Shown in pieces: positions 18,928-29,233 of a stretch of 64,000 bases of DNA. This DNA is from an uncultured Negativicutes bacterium (lineage in GTDB: Bacteria > Bacillota > Negativicutes > JBAXTZ01). The number at the start of each line of letters is the position of its first letter. The stretch's first letter is position 1. A program made the position numbers and the translations under genes. The stretch lies in NCBI GenBank assembly GCA_963721525.1, contig CAVRJL010000016.1:22781-86780 (forward strand), written 5' to 3'. Under the pieces are notes generated by a model, which did not search any database, was not told the DNA's origin, and saw nothing but the letters and a program-made list of their open reading frames with translations.

Positions 18928-19488
18928 TTAGTTTTTATTAAATTTATGCATGTTTTTTTGGATATCATTTTCAAGCCAAAAAAAAGCTATTTCTGTAGAA
19001 AGTTTTAAGGTGGGTTGTAATTTTTTCCACTCTTCTTTGTTAAAGCGACTTAATACCCAATTAGAGGTATTCCACTCTAAAGGAGCTTTCCCTATACCTA
19101 TTTTCAGGCGTGGAAATTGGTCGCCAATATGTGAAATAATTGATTTTAAACCATTATGTCCGCCTGAAGAACCATGCGAACGAATTTTTATTTTACCTAA
19201 AGGTAAATCAAGATCATCATAAATGATTAATACATCTTGAGATTTAATTTTATAAAAATTCATAATGTCATTAACGGCTTCCCCACTATAATTCATAAAT
19301 GTTTGTGGTTTCAATAGTAAAACTTTTTCATTTCTGTTAAATATTTCTGCAACTAGGCTTTTATTTTTTTTAATCCAATTAACACAAAGATTATCAATAA
19401 TTAAGTCAAGCACTATGAATCCTAAATTATGTTTTGTATATTTATAATGTATTCCAGGATTACCAAGTCCGACTATTAACTTTGGCAT
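18928..19488 (-). CDS. pth: Peptidyl-tRNA hydrolase
   Basis: LIVGLGNPG...YKYTKHNLGF and GSSGGHNGLKSI motifs. Confidence 0.9.
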   Translation of the reverse strand: MPKLIVGLGNPGIHYKYTKHNLGFIVLDLIIDNLCVNWIKKNKSLVAEIFNRNEKVLLLKPQTFMNYSGEAVNDIMNFYKIKSQDVLIIYDDLDLPLGKIKIRSHGSSGGHNGLKSIISHIGDQFPRLKIGIGKAPLEWNTSNWVLSRFNKEEWKKLQPTLKLSTEIAFFWLENDIQKNMHKFNKN

Positions 19489-19516
19489 ATTTATACCTCT
19501 TAATAAAAATTGAAAA

Positions 19517-20485
19517 TTAGGCTTTGTTTTTAAATAATGCTTTAAAAAGAAAATTTACTATTTTTTTTTCATATTTTTTTGAGTACAATATGTAAGCTTT
19601 GGTATGCTCACAATTGAATACATGCCAAATTTTTTTTGGTTTTTTTGCTGCTTTTATTAATTTATCTCCTTGTCCCAATCCAACAATAGTGTCGTTTTCG
19701 GGCTGAATGATGAAAATAGGTCGAGGTGAAATTAAATGTATTTTTTTCATAGCTGAAACATCTTCTACTTTAAACCCTATGATTTTTTCAGCATTTTTTT
19801 TTATAGGATTTACTAATTTTTTAGCTAAAAATTTTGGAATATTGGCAAAGTTTATTAATCCTAATTCAATTGTTACTTTTAATGAAGAATAAGGGCTATC
19901 CGCAATACAAGCTTTTATTTGTTTAAAACTTGCAGTAGCTAATATTGCTATAACACTACCCATGCTATTCCCCATGATAGCAATTTTGTTTTTATCAATA
20001 TCGTTCAACGTGTTTAAATAATTTAAACAAGCTTTTACGTCTTTAACTTCTTCTTTCCCAAAGGTAATCATATTTCCCTGGCTATGTCCATGGTGACGAA
20101 AATCAGCCATTAATACTGAAAATCCATGGTTGTTGAGAAATTTTGCTATTGGTAACATTTCCTCCCGATGATATTTATAGCCATGCTGCAAAATAACAAC
20201 TGCTCTATTTGTTCCTGGGATATACCAAGTTGCAAGTTGGAGATTATCATCTGTTACTAAAGTTATTGCTTTAAAGTTTATACCAAATTCAAAAGGAGTA
20301 AGTTTAGGTGTAGATCTAAGATTTTTTTTTGTTATCCAAAATTGCCACCAGTGTTTACTATCTATTTGTTTTATAACATTAAGGGTTATATGCATAATAA
20401 ATAAATTTTTTACTAAATTAAATATTTTATTTATTATTAAAAATAGAATAGGTAATGTTATGGATAGTGTTAATAATATTTTCAT
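19517..20485 (-). CDS. Membrane-anchored alpha/beta-fold hydrolase
   Basis: N-terminal TM helix, HGY oxyanion region and the nucleophile elbow GNSMGS. Confidence 0.7.
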   Translation of the reverse strand: MKILLTLSITLPILFLIINKIFNLVKNLFIMHITLNVIKQIDSKHWWQFWITKKNLRSTPKLTPFEFGINFKAITLVTDDNLQLATWYIPGTNRAVVILQHGYKYHREEMLPIAKFLNNHGFSVLMADFRHHGHSQGNMITFGKEEVKDVKACLNYLNTLNDIDKNKIAIMGNSMGSVIAILATASFKQIKACIADSPYSSLKVTIELGLINFANIPKFLAKKLVNPIKKNAEKIIGFKVEDVSAMKKIHLISPRPIFIIQPENDTIVGLGQGDKLIKAAKKPKKIWHVFNCEHTKAYILYSKKYEKKIVNFLFKALFKNKA

Positions 20486-21336
20486 TTTTGTTTTATTTTT
20501 AAAGAAAAATCAAAAGCTCTTACAGAATGAGTTAAAGAACCGACAGATATGTAATCTACACCTGTAGAGGCTATTCTTGGTATTTTCTTTAAAGTCACGT
20601 TACCTGAAACTTCTATTTTAGTTTCTCCGTTAATTAAATTAACCGCTTGATTTAATGTTGTAGATTGCATATTATCGAGTAATATGCAATCTACTTTAGC
20701 AAAAAGAGCTTGGTGTACTTCTTTTATCGTTCTGGCCTCTAGTTCAATTTTAAATTTATTTTTCCACTTGGTGCGTATTGCTTCTACTGTTTTTAATATT
20801 CCGCCGCCACTATCAATATGATTATCTTTAAGTAGCACCATATCGTATAGTCCCATTCTGTGATTTTGTCCACCCCCGCAACGTACTGCGTATTTTGATA
20901 AAGAGCGCCATCCAGGTAAAGTTTTTCGAGTGTCAAGAATTTTAGCTTTACCGAAATTTTTTGCAATCTTTACAAATTTATTTGTTTGTGTGGCTATTCC
21001 TGATAAAAAAGCTATAATATTTAGCAATGAGCGCTCGGCTTTAAAAATTTCATCTGTTTGTCCTATGAAATCGGCTATAAGATCCCCTTTATTAATAATA
21101 TCGCTATCTTTTTTATAAATCTTTATTTGCACATTCTTAAAAAAATGGGAAGAAAAAAATCGGGAAATTACTTTAGAACCGACAAAAATTCCTTTATCTT
21201 TACTTACTAATATAGCATTAGTTTTATCATCAGGATTAAAAAGAGGAATTGTTGAAATGTCTCCAATATTCTTAAGATCTTCTTTTAATGATATTGTAAT
21301 TAGATTTTGCAATTCTAAGTAAGGAAAATTTTTCAT
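20482..21336 (-). CDS. nadC: Nicotinate-nucleotide pyrophosphorylase (quinolinate phosphoribosyltransferase)
   Basis: ILDTRKTLPGWRSLSKYAVRCGGGQNHRMGLYD and LLDNM motifs. Confidence 0.9.
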   Translation of the reverse strand: MKNFPYLELQNLITISLKEDLKNIGDISTIPLFNPDDKTNAILVSKDKGIFVGSKVISRFFSSHFFKNVQIKIYKKDSDIINKGDLIADFIGQTDEIFKAERSLLNIIAFLSGIATQTNKFVKIAKNFGKAKILDTRKTLPGWRSLSKYAVRCGGGQNHRMGLYDMVLLKDNHIDSGGGILKTVEAIRTKWKNKFKIELEARTIKEVHQALFAKVDCILLDNMQSTTLNQAVNLINGETKIEVSGNVTLKKIPRIASTGVDYISVGSLTHSVRAFDFSLKIKQK

Positions 21337-21524
21337 ATTTAGCCTCGCTTATATTTTAAATAAAAATTTATTTATTTAAAAATACGTTAATATTTAGTAA
21401 TTATTTTACAATAAATTAAACATGTTTAAAATTGTTTAGATAGATTATTAGTAACCATTGTAATATTTGTTTATAAAAATTTTAGGTATATCAGAATGTA
21501 AGATAAAATAAAGATATAAAAGGG

Positions 21525-21568
21525 AAAAATAAAATAAACCTATAATATTATAGGTTTATTTTATTTTT
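21525..21568. terminator. 44-bp perfect palindrome, likely terminator of the tRNA-Ser pair
   Basis: Arm 21525-21546 pairs with 21547-21568 (AAAAATAAAATAAACCTATAAT|ATTATAGGTTTATTTTATTTTT). It lies 20 nt downstream of the tRNA on the minus strand. Confidence 0.6.
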
Positions 21569-21588
21569 TGCTAATCTGTTAATTAGAA

Positions 21589-21679
21589 TGGCGGAGTGGA
21601 GAGGATTTGAACCTCCGTACGCCTTTCAACGTCTAACGGTTTAGCAAACCGTCCTCTTCAGCCACTTGAGTACCACTCC
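21589..21679 (-). tRNA. tRNA-Ser (anticodon GCU)
   Basis: The reverse complement gives acceptor GGAGTGG/CCACTCC, anticodon loop TTGCTAA, a long variable arm, T-loop GGTTCAAATCC and an encoded CCA. Confidence 0.9.
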
Positions 21680-21689
21680 ACTTATAATT

Positions 21690-21779
21690 TGGCGGAGAGA
21701 GTGGGATTCGAACCCACGGCTCTATTTTAGAGTCACCGGTTTTCAAGACCGGCTCCTTAAACCACTCGGACACCTCTCC
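21690..21779 (-). tRNA. tRNA-Ser (anticodon UGA)
   Basis: The reverse complement is GGAGAGGTGTCCGAGTGG...CTTGAAA...GGGTTCGAATCCCACTCTCTCCGCCA. It is a class II tRNA with an encoded CCA. Confidence 0.9.
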
Positions 21780-21794
21780 TTCCTACCAAGAAAA

Positions 21795-21823
21795 ATTATA
21801 TTAAGATATTTATTATTTGTCAA
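21795..21823 (-). promoter_or_regulatory. Consensus sigma-70 promoter for the tRNA-Ser genes
   Basis: On the minus strand: TTGACA (21823-21818), a 17-nt spacer, then TATAAT (21800-21795), about 15 nt upstream of the tRNA 5' end. Confidence 0.65.
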
Positions 21824-22096
21824 TCAAATTACAATTAATAATTAATATTTGAAATTGTGTTATACTTATGTAATATATTGGAGGTATTTATTTAAAATAC
21901 GTTAAATATGTAAATAATTTATTTTCTTATAAAGAGAATAATATAGTTATATTAATAAAGATAAGAATTTATATTAAATATAATAATTTTTTACGAAAAA
22001 AATTGCCAAAATTGAATGGTTTGTAGTAATATATACTCGAGGTTGTAGTCAATATTTCAAGATAAGTATTAATTTTATCGATTAAGTGGAGGAAAT

Positions 22097-23689
22097 ATGA
22101 AAAAAAAAATAATAGCGGCAATATTAAGTGTTACTTTTACGATGAGCTTCAATTTAGTAGGTTGTGCTTATGCTTTAACAACTATAAGCCCCTTCAGTGA
22201 TGTACCGAAAAGTAATTGGGCGTATAGTGCAGTAGAGGAGTTAGTAAAAAAGGGAATCATAGAAGTGGGTCCTGATAAAATGTTTCGAGGGAACCAAAAT
22301 GTTACAAGATATGAACTAGCAGCCATAATTGTTAGGGCGGTTAGTTCTTACAAAGGAGCAGATAATCACAGTATCTCTCTATTAGAAAAACTTGTTAGAG
22401 AGTTTGCAGTAGAACTAAGAGATATTGAAATTCAGTCAAACAATTCACAAGTGCAAGTGAAAATGAAAGTGAAAAATTTAGAAAAAAAAGTGAATACACT
22501 ACCTAAAGTCAGCGGAACTTTTTCGGTATTAAATTATACTACAATGAGTCAATTGGTTGACCTTTACGGAAGAACTGTTATAAATCCTAAGTGTGATGAG
22601 ACCTTTTTTTCAACTAATAAATTTAGGACAAATTTACAATTTAATGGAAACATTGATACAAAATGGAACTATATTGGCGAATTACAACTCGAATTACCTA
22701 TGAACTATAAGGACTATGAAAATAACTCTAATGTGAACGCGCAGATGCGTAGTATTTGTGCAAACGGTAACTTTTGTAATGGATGTAAAGTGAATATAGG
22801 ACGTTTTGGAGCTTCATCTACTTTATTAAGTAATGGAGTACAAGGTTTACTGTATGGTGATAATCGTATTAACGGAGCGCGTTTAGTATATGAAAATAAA
22901 GGATTTAAAGCTGATATTTTTGGCGGATTTTCTGATGTTGGTATGCCTAGATATTATAGTATAGGAGGAATGGAGCGAGGAGCATTGGGTACAGGTTTTA
23001 TGTTAGGTTATAGTGTTAACGATATTGTTAATATATATGCAGGAATCAAGGAACATATAGGACATAATGCGCCACGTAAAAACAATCCTTACAGCAAAGA
23101 AACGTGGTCTCCTATTCAGCATATAACATTTGCAGAGGGAGGTTTTGATATCAAACCAATTGAAAATGTTAAAATAAGCTCTTTGTTTGGCTGGTCCCCT
23201 AATATGAAAGACGAATATATTTATTTGTGGAATGGAAAACCACACGGCTTTTTTCAAGCTCCTTTCCTTGAAAATCGTGGTTTTTATGATAATATAGCAT
23301 GTATTGCACGTATAGATGTGGGGGATTTTGATTTACAAAAAAGATGGTCCTTAAACGCATATGGTCAATTTCATTACGCTGGGAAATATGCCATAATAAA
23401 CAAGTATATACCTCTTAGCGTAGACGTAGATGGTTACGATTATGGTCATGGCAATGATGGAATTTGTTTAGGAAAAGAGGGGCGAGAAGCAGGTATGAAC
23501 TTCGTTTTATTCAAAAATGTAAATTGGCATACTTTTGTAACTCAGACAAGTATGGAACCGACGCTAAATAGAATGGTGAGAGTGCCTTATTTAGTTACAA
23601 GAAAGGGCAAACTATCTTGGGATAGATTACACTATTGGGAAAGAGACCCTATTGTAACTGTAGGCTCGGAACTTAGTTTTTCTTTCTAA
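22097..23689 (+). CDS. SLH-domain outer-membrane porin (OmpM-like)
   Basis: Signal peptide, then the SLH domain FSDVPKSNWAYSAVEELVKKGIIEVGPDKMFRGNQNVTRYELAAIIVRAV and a coiled linker. The C-terminal part is rich in aromatic/Gly alternating beta-strands and ends in SF. Confidence 0.8.
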   Translation: MKKKIIAAILSVTFTMSFNLVGCAYALTTISPFSDVPKSNWAYSAVEELVKKGIIEVGPDKMFRGNQNVTRYELAAIIVRAVSSYKGADNHSISLLEKLVREFAVELRDIEIQSNNSQVQVKMKVKNLEKKVNTLPKVSGTFSVLNYTTMSQLVDLYGRTVINPKCDETFFSTNKFRTNLQFNGNIDTKWNYIGELQLELPMNYKDYENNSNVNAQMRSICANGNFCNGCKVNIGRFGASSTLLSNGVQGLLYGDNRINGARLVYENKGFKADIFGGFSDVGMPRYYSIGGMERGALGTGFMLGYSVNDIVNIYAGIKEHIGHNAPRKNNPYSKETWSPIQHITFAEGGFDIKPIENVKISSLFGWSPNMKDEYIYLWNGKPHGFFQAPFLENRGFYDNIACIARIDVGDFDLQKRWSLNAYGQFHYAGKYAIINKYIPLSVDVDGYDYGHGNDGICLGKEGREAGMNFVLFKNVNWHTFVTQTSMEPTLNRMVRVPYLVTRKGKLSWDRLHYWERDPIVTVGSELSFSF

Positions 23690-23715
23690 CATTCGCTAAT
23701 TGTTAACAAAAAAGT

Positions 23716-23762
23716 AAGCGTACGTTCATTTATTGTACCTGATGAATGAGTGTGCGCTTTTT
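23716..23762 (+). terminator. Rho-independent terminator after the porin gene
   Basis: A 15-bp stem pairs 23716-23730 with 23745-23759 (three G-U pairs), followed by a T5 run. Confidence 0.6.
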
Positions 23763-23938
23763 ACCGTATTATTATGATATACTTATGCTTATAAATGTTA
23801 GGAAAACAATAAAGGTTAGAAATTATTTTATTAACTTTTTGTTAATCCAATTATTCGAGTTGAATTAACTTATTAATATATTGATTACCACCTTAATATT
23901 TTATTACACTGATTAAGTAAATTTTTTGAGAGGTAAAA

Positions 23939-24169
23939 ATGGTTACTTTTTTAGAAATAATAGTTTTTTTGTTGTCTATAACGTTAATTTTATCTATTAT
24001 ACTCCAGTCCGGGAAATCTGCCGGTCTTTCTGGTTCTGTGAGTGGAGGGGCAGCGATTTTATTTGGAGGTAAAAGGCGCGGGTTGGATGAGATTTTAGTG
24101 AAATTTACGATAATTTGCAGTATTTTGTTTACTATTGCTATTGTTGTTTTAGAAAAAAAACTAAGTTGA
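23939..24169 (+). CDS. secG: Preprotein translocase subunit SecG
   Basis: 76 aa with two TM helices and the motif ILQSGKSAGLSGSVSGG. Confidence 0.8.
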   Translation: MVTFLEIIVFLLSITLILSIILQSGKSAGLSGSVSGGAAILFGGKRRGLDEILVKFTIICSILFTIAIVVLEKKLS

Positions 24170-24238
24170 GGTATAAATTAGAAACAATTTTTATAAACCT
24201 ATTTGGGTAATTCTTATTATGGGGAGGTTTAAGTAATA

Positions 24239-26254
24239 ATGTCTCAGTCAATGACTTTATATATTGCTCCTTTCGCAGGAGTAATTTCTTTATTGTTTGC
24301 ACTAATTATGATGATATCTATTTTAAAAGAATCAAAAGGCAATATTCGTATGCAAGAAATTTCGCAGGCTATCTATGAGGGAGCTATGGCTTTTTTAAAT
24401 AGACAATATCGTACTTTAATACCATTTACTTTAGTAATCGCAATAGTTTTATATATTAAAATAAGCACTCCTATGGCAATATCTTTTCTAGTTGGTGCGA
24501 TATGTTCTGCATTATCAGGATATATAGGAATGAATGCTACAACTAAAGCTAATAGTAGGACATGCGAAGCTGCCAGGAATAGCTTAAATAAAGCACTAAG
24601 TATTTCTTTTCGTGCGGGTACAGTAATGGGTATGTCAGTAGCGGGTTTAGGATTGCTTGGTGTTTCAGTTCTATATTTAATTTATAGAAATCCTTCGATA
24701 ATAAATAGTTTTGCTTTTGGAGCTTCGGCAATAGCATTTTTCGCACGTGTAGGTGGGGGTATTTATACTAAAGCAGCTGATATAGGAGCTGATTTAGTAG
24801 GAAAAGTAGAAATAGGAATCCCTGAAGATGACCCCAGGAATCCTGCTGTTATTGCCGATAATGTAGGTGATAATGTTGGTGATACTGCTGGCATGGGGGC
24901 AGATTTATTTGAATCTTATGGAGCTACTACCATTGCAGCAATGTTATTAGGTAATAATCTTTTTGGTATAAACGGAGTGTTATTTCCTTTATTACTTGGT
25001 TCAGCAGGAATTTTTGCTTCAATGATCAGTATGATTTTAGTTCGTACGAATGAAAATGGGAATCCTCAAAATGCTCTTAATAAAGGTATAGTGTCGACAA
25101 ATATTATATTGATGATAGTTGCTTATTTTTTAAGTAACAAGTTGTTTATAGGTTTTAATTCTAGGGGAATATTTATAGCTGCTGTCAGTGGACTGGTTGT
25201 CAATATTGCTATTGGAAAATTGACGGAATATTATACTTCACATGAATTTGCGCCAACACGTAAAATAGCTTATTCTTCTTCGACGGGCGAAGCTACAACT
25301 ATAATCGCTGGTATAGCAAATGGGCTTAAAAGTACAGGCTGGATAATGTCTGTACTTGTTATTGCTATTGGAGTATCTTATTATAGCGGAGGCGGTATAT
25401 ATGGAATCTCTGTAGCTGCTATGGCAATGTTATCAACATCAGGAATGGTGGTTGCAGTTGATTCTTTTGGGCCAGTAGTAGATAATGCCGGCGGTATAGC
25501 TGAAATGGCAAAACTTGGATCAGAAGTTCGAAAACGAACTGATAGGCTTGATGCTGTAGGAAATACTACTGCTGCTATGGCGAAAGGATTTGCCATAGGG
25601 TCTGCAGCTTTAACTGCATTAGCGTTATTCAGCGCTTATTCTGAAGAGATAATAAAAAACCATAAATTATCTTTTTTATTAACTAATGGACATATGTATA
25701 TTAGTATTACAGATACATTTGTATTAATTGGGATGTTTATTGGATCTACCGTGCCATTTTTAGTTTGTGCGCAAACAATGGAAGCAGTTAGCAGAGCAGC
25801 TGTCCATATGATTAATGAAGTACGTAGGCAATTTAAGGAAATTCCTGGCATTATGAAAGGGGAAGGAAAACCGAATTATGCTCGTTGTGTAGATATAAGT
25901 ACTAAATCTGCACTTACTGAGATGACTATACCTGGATTACTTGCAGTTTTTATTCCTTTATTAGTAGGATTTATATTAGGTGCAAAAGCATTAGCTGGGT
26001 TTTTAGCTGGGATTACTTCTACAGGAATCTTGTTGGCAATATTTATGGCTAATTCTGGTGGATCATGGGATAATGCAAAGAAATTTATTGAAAAAGGTAA
26101 CCTTGGAGGAAAAGGAACTAAAGCACATGCTGCTGCAGTAGTTGGCGATACTGTCGGTGATCCTTTTAAAGATACAGCAGGACCAGCAATGAACCCTCTT
26201 ATTAAAGTTGCTGGAACAATAGCTTTACTTATAGCACCGTTGTTATTTCATTAA
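24239..26254 (+). CDS. hppA: Membrane-bound ion-translocating pyrophosphatase (K+-dependent type)
   Basis: [22 protein letters not shown] and [21 protein letters not shown]. The Ala in GNTTAA marks the K+-dependent subfamily. Confidence 0.95.
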   Translation: MSQSMTLYIAPFAGVISLLFALIMMISILKESKGNIRMQEISQAIYEGAMAFLNRQYRTLIPFTLVIAIVLYIKISTPMAISFLVGAICSALSGYIGMNATTKANSRTCEAARNSLNKALSISFRAGTVMGMSVAGLGLLGVSVLYLIYRNPSIINSFAFGASAIAFFARVGGGIYTKAADIGADLVGKVEIGIPEDDPRNPAVIADNVGDNVGDTAGMGADLFESYGATTIAAMLLGNNLFGINGVLFPLLLGSAGIFASMISMILVRTNENGNPQNALNKGIVSTNIILMIVAYFLSNKLFIGFNSRGIFIAAVSGLVVNIAIGKLTEYYTSHEFAPTRKIAYSSSTGEATTIIAGIANGLKSTGWIMSVLVIAIGVSYYSGGGIYGISVAAMAMLSTSGMVVAVDSFGPVVDNAGGIAEMAKLGSEVRKRTDRLDAVGNTTAAMAKGFAIGSAALTALALFSAYSEEIIKNHKLSFLLTNGHMYISITDTFVLIGMFIGSTVPFLVCAQTMEAVSRAAVHMINEVRRQFKEIPGIMKGEGKPNYARCVDISTKSALTEMTIPGLLAVFIPLLVGFILGAKALAGFLAGITSTGILLAIFMANSGGSWDNAKKFIEKGNLGGKGTKAHAAAVVGDTVGDPFKDTAGPAMNPLIKVAGTIALLIAPLLFH

Positions 26255-26449
26255 GTAGTCGATTGTTTAATATATTTTAACTACTATTTATATCTTTTTT
26301 TAAGAGTAGTTTTTGTTATTTTTTTAATTTTATTAATATAATTAATGATATAAAAACTATCGGGGAATATTGCAACTAATAATAAATTGCTTTTTTAATG
26401 AAATAGAAATTTTTTATTATATAATATAATAATATTTTTGGAGAAAATA

Positions 26450-27580
26450 ATGGATAAGACAATAATACAAATGATAAAAACTTTTTTATTATTTGTTATT
26501 ATAGTTTCTTTAGCGCATACTTCATTTGCAAAAGAAATAAACTTTAAAAAAGTAAATTCAATAAAATTAGAAACTACTAAAATTAAACCTGTACAAATTG
26601 TTAAAATTCGTTGGTCTGTTATATCGAGAGTTAGTAGCATGAAGAAAATTCGCATAGTATGTGATTTATCAGGAACATATAGTTCCTGTGTAAATATAAT
26701 TGGTAAAATAAATGAATTAAATAATGTTTTAGAGGTACATTTAAATAATAGTGTTTTATCTCCAAAAATTTATTCTAAAATTATACTTAATTCGCAAATA
26801 GTTACTAGTTTTAGGTTTATTGAAAATAAAAAAGATTTAATAATGAGAATACTTTTAACAAAAAAAATACAAAAAAATGATTATACTTTTTTTATTTTAA
26901 AAGAGGATCAACTACTAAAAAAACCTTGTCGTTTAGTAGTTGATATTACTAAACTAATTCCTCAAACTAAACTTATGTTCAACTCACGTCTCGAAGGGAA
27001 ATCTATTTGTATTGATCCTGGCCATGGAGGTAGTGATTGCGGAGCTATAGGTATAGACAAAACTTTTGAAAAAGATATCACCCTTCCAATTTGTTTAGAA
27101 CTAAAAAATATTTTAGAACAGCAAGGCATAAATGTTATTATGACTCGTGAAATAGATAAGGATGTTTTTTCTCTTAACTCTGTGGGCATCGATGAGCTAC
27201 AGTCAAGGGTTAATATTGCGAATAATAACAAAACAGATTTATTTATCTGTGTTCATGCCAATTCTTATATAGATACTAATGTACATGGAGTTTCGACCTT
27301 TTATTATCCAAAAACAAATTTAGATAGTATTTTAGCAGGATATGTTCAAAAAGAATTTATAAATATTCCCCAATTAAGCGATCGAGGTATTAATAGAGCA
27401 AACTTTTATGTATTGAGATATAGCAAGATGCCAGCTATTTTATTAGAAACAGGATTTATAAGTAATAAAAATGATTGCAAACAATTAATAACTAAAAATT
27501 TCCAAAAAATAATAGCACTAAGTATTATGAAAGGCGTAGTAAAGTTTTTTTATGATATATCGGATACAATTAAAAGTTAA
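26450..27580 (+). CDS. N-acetylmuramoyl-L-alanine amidase with AMIN-like N-terminal domain
   Basis: Amidase_3 motifs IDPGHGGSDCGAIG, HANS and LLETGFISN. ATG 26450 follows GGAGA; the track ORF begins at TTG 26438. Confidence 0.85.
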   Translation: MDKTIIQMIKTFLLFVIIVSLAHTSFAKEINFKKVNSIKLETTKIKPVQIVKIRWSVISRVSSMKKIRIVCDLSGTYSSCVNIIGKINELNNVLEVHLNNSVLSPKIYSKIILNSQIVTSFRFIENKKDLIMRILLTKKIQKNDYTFFILKEDQLLKKPCRLVVDITKLIPQTKLMFNSRLEGKSICIDPGHGGSDCGAIGIDKTFEKDITLPICLELKNILEQQGINVIMTREIDKDVFSLNSVGIDELQSRVNIANNNKTDLFICVHANSYIDTNVHGVSTFYYPKTNLDSILAGYVQKEFINIPQLSDRGINRANFYVLRYSKMPAILLETGFISNKNDCKQLITKNFQKIIALSIMKGVVKFFYDISDTIKS

Positions 27581-27619
27581 TAGCAATATATGTGTCTTGA
27601 TGTGTAAGGTTAGTTTGAG

Positions 27620-28045
27620 ATGAGTAAAAAAATATATAAAATAACTTGCATAAAAGAAATGTTCAAATTGGGAGAAAAAATAGGAAAAAGGCTTATCAAC
27701 AAAAATATAGTTTTGTTAAATGGGGAAATAGGCGCTGGAAAAACTACTTTAACAAAAGGAATAGCTTTAGGGCTAGATATTAAGAAAAATATAACGAGTC
27801 CGACTTTCAATTTATTGAACGTTTATTCTGGAAAATATATTTTATATCATTTTGATTTATATAGAATAGAATCTCATTTTGAATTAGAAGACATTGGATT
27901 TTATCAATTTATTAAAAACAAAGGTATTGCAGTTATAGAATGGGGAAAAAACTTTATTTGCCATATACCTGGAAAAACTATAATGATAGAAATAAATGTT
28001 AAAAACGGGTTGCGTTTAGTTAAAATAGAAGGAATCAAGATTTGA
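27620..28045 (+). CDS. tsaE: tRNA t6A37 biosynthesis ATPase TsaE
   Basis: P-loop LNGEIGAGKTTLTKG and SPTFNL motif. Confidence 0.85.
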   Translation: MSKKIYKITCIKEMFKLGEKIGKRLINKNIVLLNGEIGAGKTTLTKGIALGLDIKKNITSPTFNLLNVYSGKYILYHFDLYRIESHFELEDIGFYQFIKNKGIAVIEWGKNFICHIPGKTIMIEINVKNGLRLVKIEGIKI

Positions 28046-28046
28046 A

Positions 28047-28721
28047 ATGACAATATTGGGCATTGAAACTGCTACTTTAGCTTGTAGTGTATGTTTATTA
28101 AATAATAATAGGATTATTAGAGAAATTACTGATCAAAATAATTTAAATCATTCGGTAAAGCTAGTTCCGAATATTGTACAATTATTCGATAAAATCGATT
28201 ATAAAAAAAATAAATTAAATGCAGTAGCGATTAGCAAAGGACCTGGTTCATTTACAGGGTTAAGGATTGGAATGGCTGTAGCAAAAAGTTTAGCTTATGC
28301 ATTGAACATACCTATTTTGGCTGTACCTACTATGCGGGGGATGGCCATGCAATGTAGACATCGTGGAAAATATATTATCCCAATTATTAACGCTCAACAA
28401 AATACTATATATGCACAAATTTATGGAGCAGCAGGAGAATGTAGTGATACATATATGTTACCAATAAAAGATATACCAAAACTTATAAAGAATTCAGACA
28501 AATATGTTTTTTGTGGAGAAATTTCATCTGAAGAAATCGACATCATAAAGACAATTCCAAATGCAAGTATTGTAGAAAAAAAATTATTGCTTCCGCGAGC
28601 AAAATATGTAGCATTTATAGGTAAAAGATATTTAGAATGTGGAATGGAAGAGGAACAGTTTTTTTTAGAACCAATGTATATAAGAAAACCAGCAGCAGAA
28701 GAAAAACTTAATGTAAAATGA
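28047..28721 (+). CDS. tsaB: tRNA t6A37 biosynthesis protein TsaB
   Basis: ILGIETAT...GPGSFTGLRIGMAVAKSLA. Confidence 0.85.
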   Translation: MTILGIETATLACSVCLLNNNRIIREITDQNNLNHSVKLVPNIVQLFDKIDYKKNKLNAVAISKGPGSFTGLRIGMAVAKSLAYALNIPILAVPTMRGMAMQCRHRGKYIIPIINAQQNTIYAQIYGAAGECSDTYMLPIKDIPKLIKNSDKYVFCGEISSEEIDIIKTIPNASIVEKKLLLPRAKYVAFIGKRYLECGMEEEQFFLEPMYIRKPAAEEKLNVK

Positions 28722-28776
28722 TATAATTGAAACGAAAAATAAGATTAAGTTTAGGAGCTAATTATTACTAGAAATA

Positions 28777-29232
28777 ATGTTTAAAATACGCAGAATGTTT
28801 TTCTATGAAGCCGAAGAAGTATATAGAATAGAAAAGCAATGTTTTAATGTTTCTATAGGGTCTTTAGATGTGATTATTAATAAAGCGTGTGGTGAAAGCA
28901 CTATATATCTTGTTGCAGTTGCGAAAAATAAAATAGTAGGTTATTGTGAATTTTGGGTTATCGTTGATGAAATTCATATGAATAATATTGCTGTTTTACC
29001 TGAATTTAGAAGAAAAGGAATTGCTAATGCTTTATTAAAAGAAACTATAAACTATGGAATGAGTCACAGTGCAATATCGATGACTTTAGAAGTTAATGTT
29101 AATAACATACGAGCTCTTAATTTATATTATTCTTTAGGTTTTATTAGTGAAGGGCGAAGAATTGATTATTATGCTAAAGACCAAGATGCCCTTATTTTAT
29201 GGAACCGTAAATTATCAGAAAGCAGTTTTTAA
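28777..29232 (+). CDS. rimI: Ribosomal-protein-alanine N-acetyltransferase RimI (GNAT)
   Basis: GNAT motif IAVLPEFRRKGIANALL. It sits between tsaB and tsaD as in many Firmicutes. Confidence 0.8.
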   Translation: MFKIRRMFFYEAEEVYRIEKQCFNVSIGSLDVIINKACGESTIYLVAVAKNKIVGYCEFWVIVDEIHMNNIAVLPEFRRKGIANALLKETINYGMSHSAISMTLEVNVNNIRALNLYYSLGFISEGRRIDYYAKDQDALILWNRKLSESSF

Positions 29233-29233
29233 A

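Noticed and set aside
29147-29233. The long 5' extension of tsaD given in the ORF track (and similar extensions at 17429, 39876, 51265, 26438 and 32442).
   Set aside because: The extensions overlap upstream genes or lack an SD. Internal ATGs preceded by GGAGG-like sites match the conserved N-termini.
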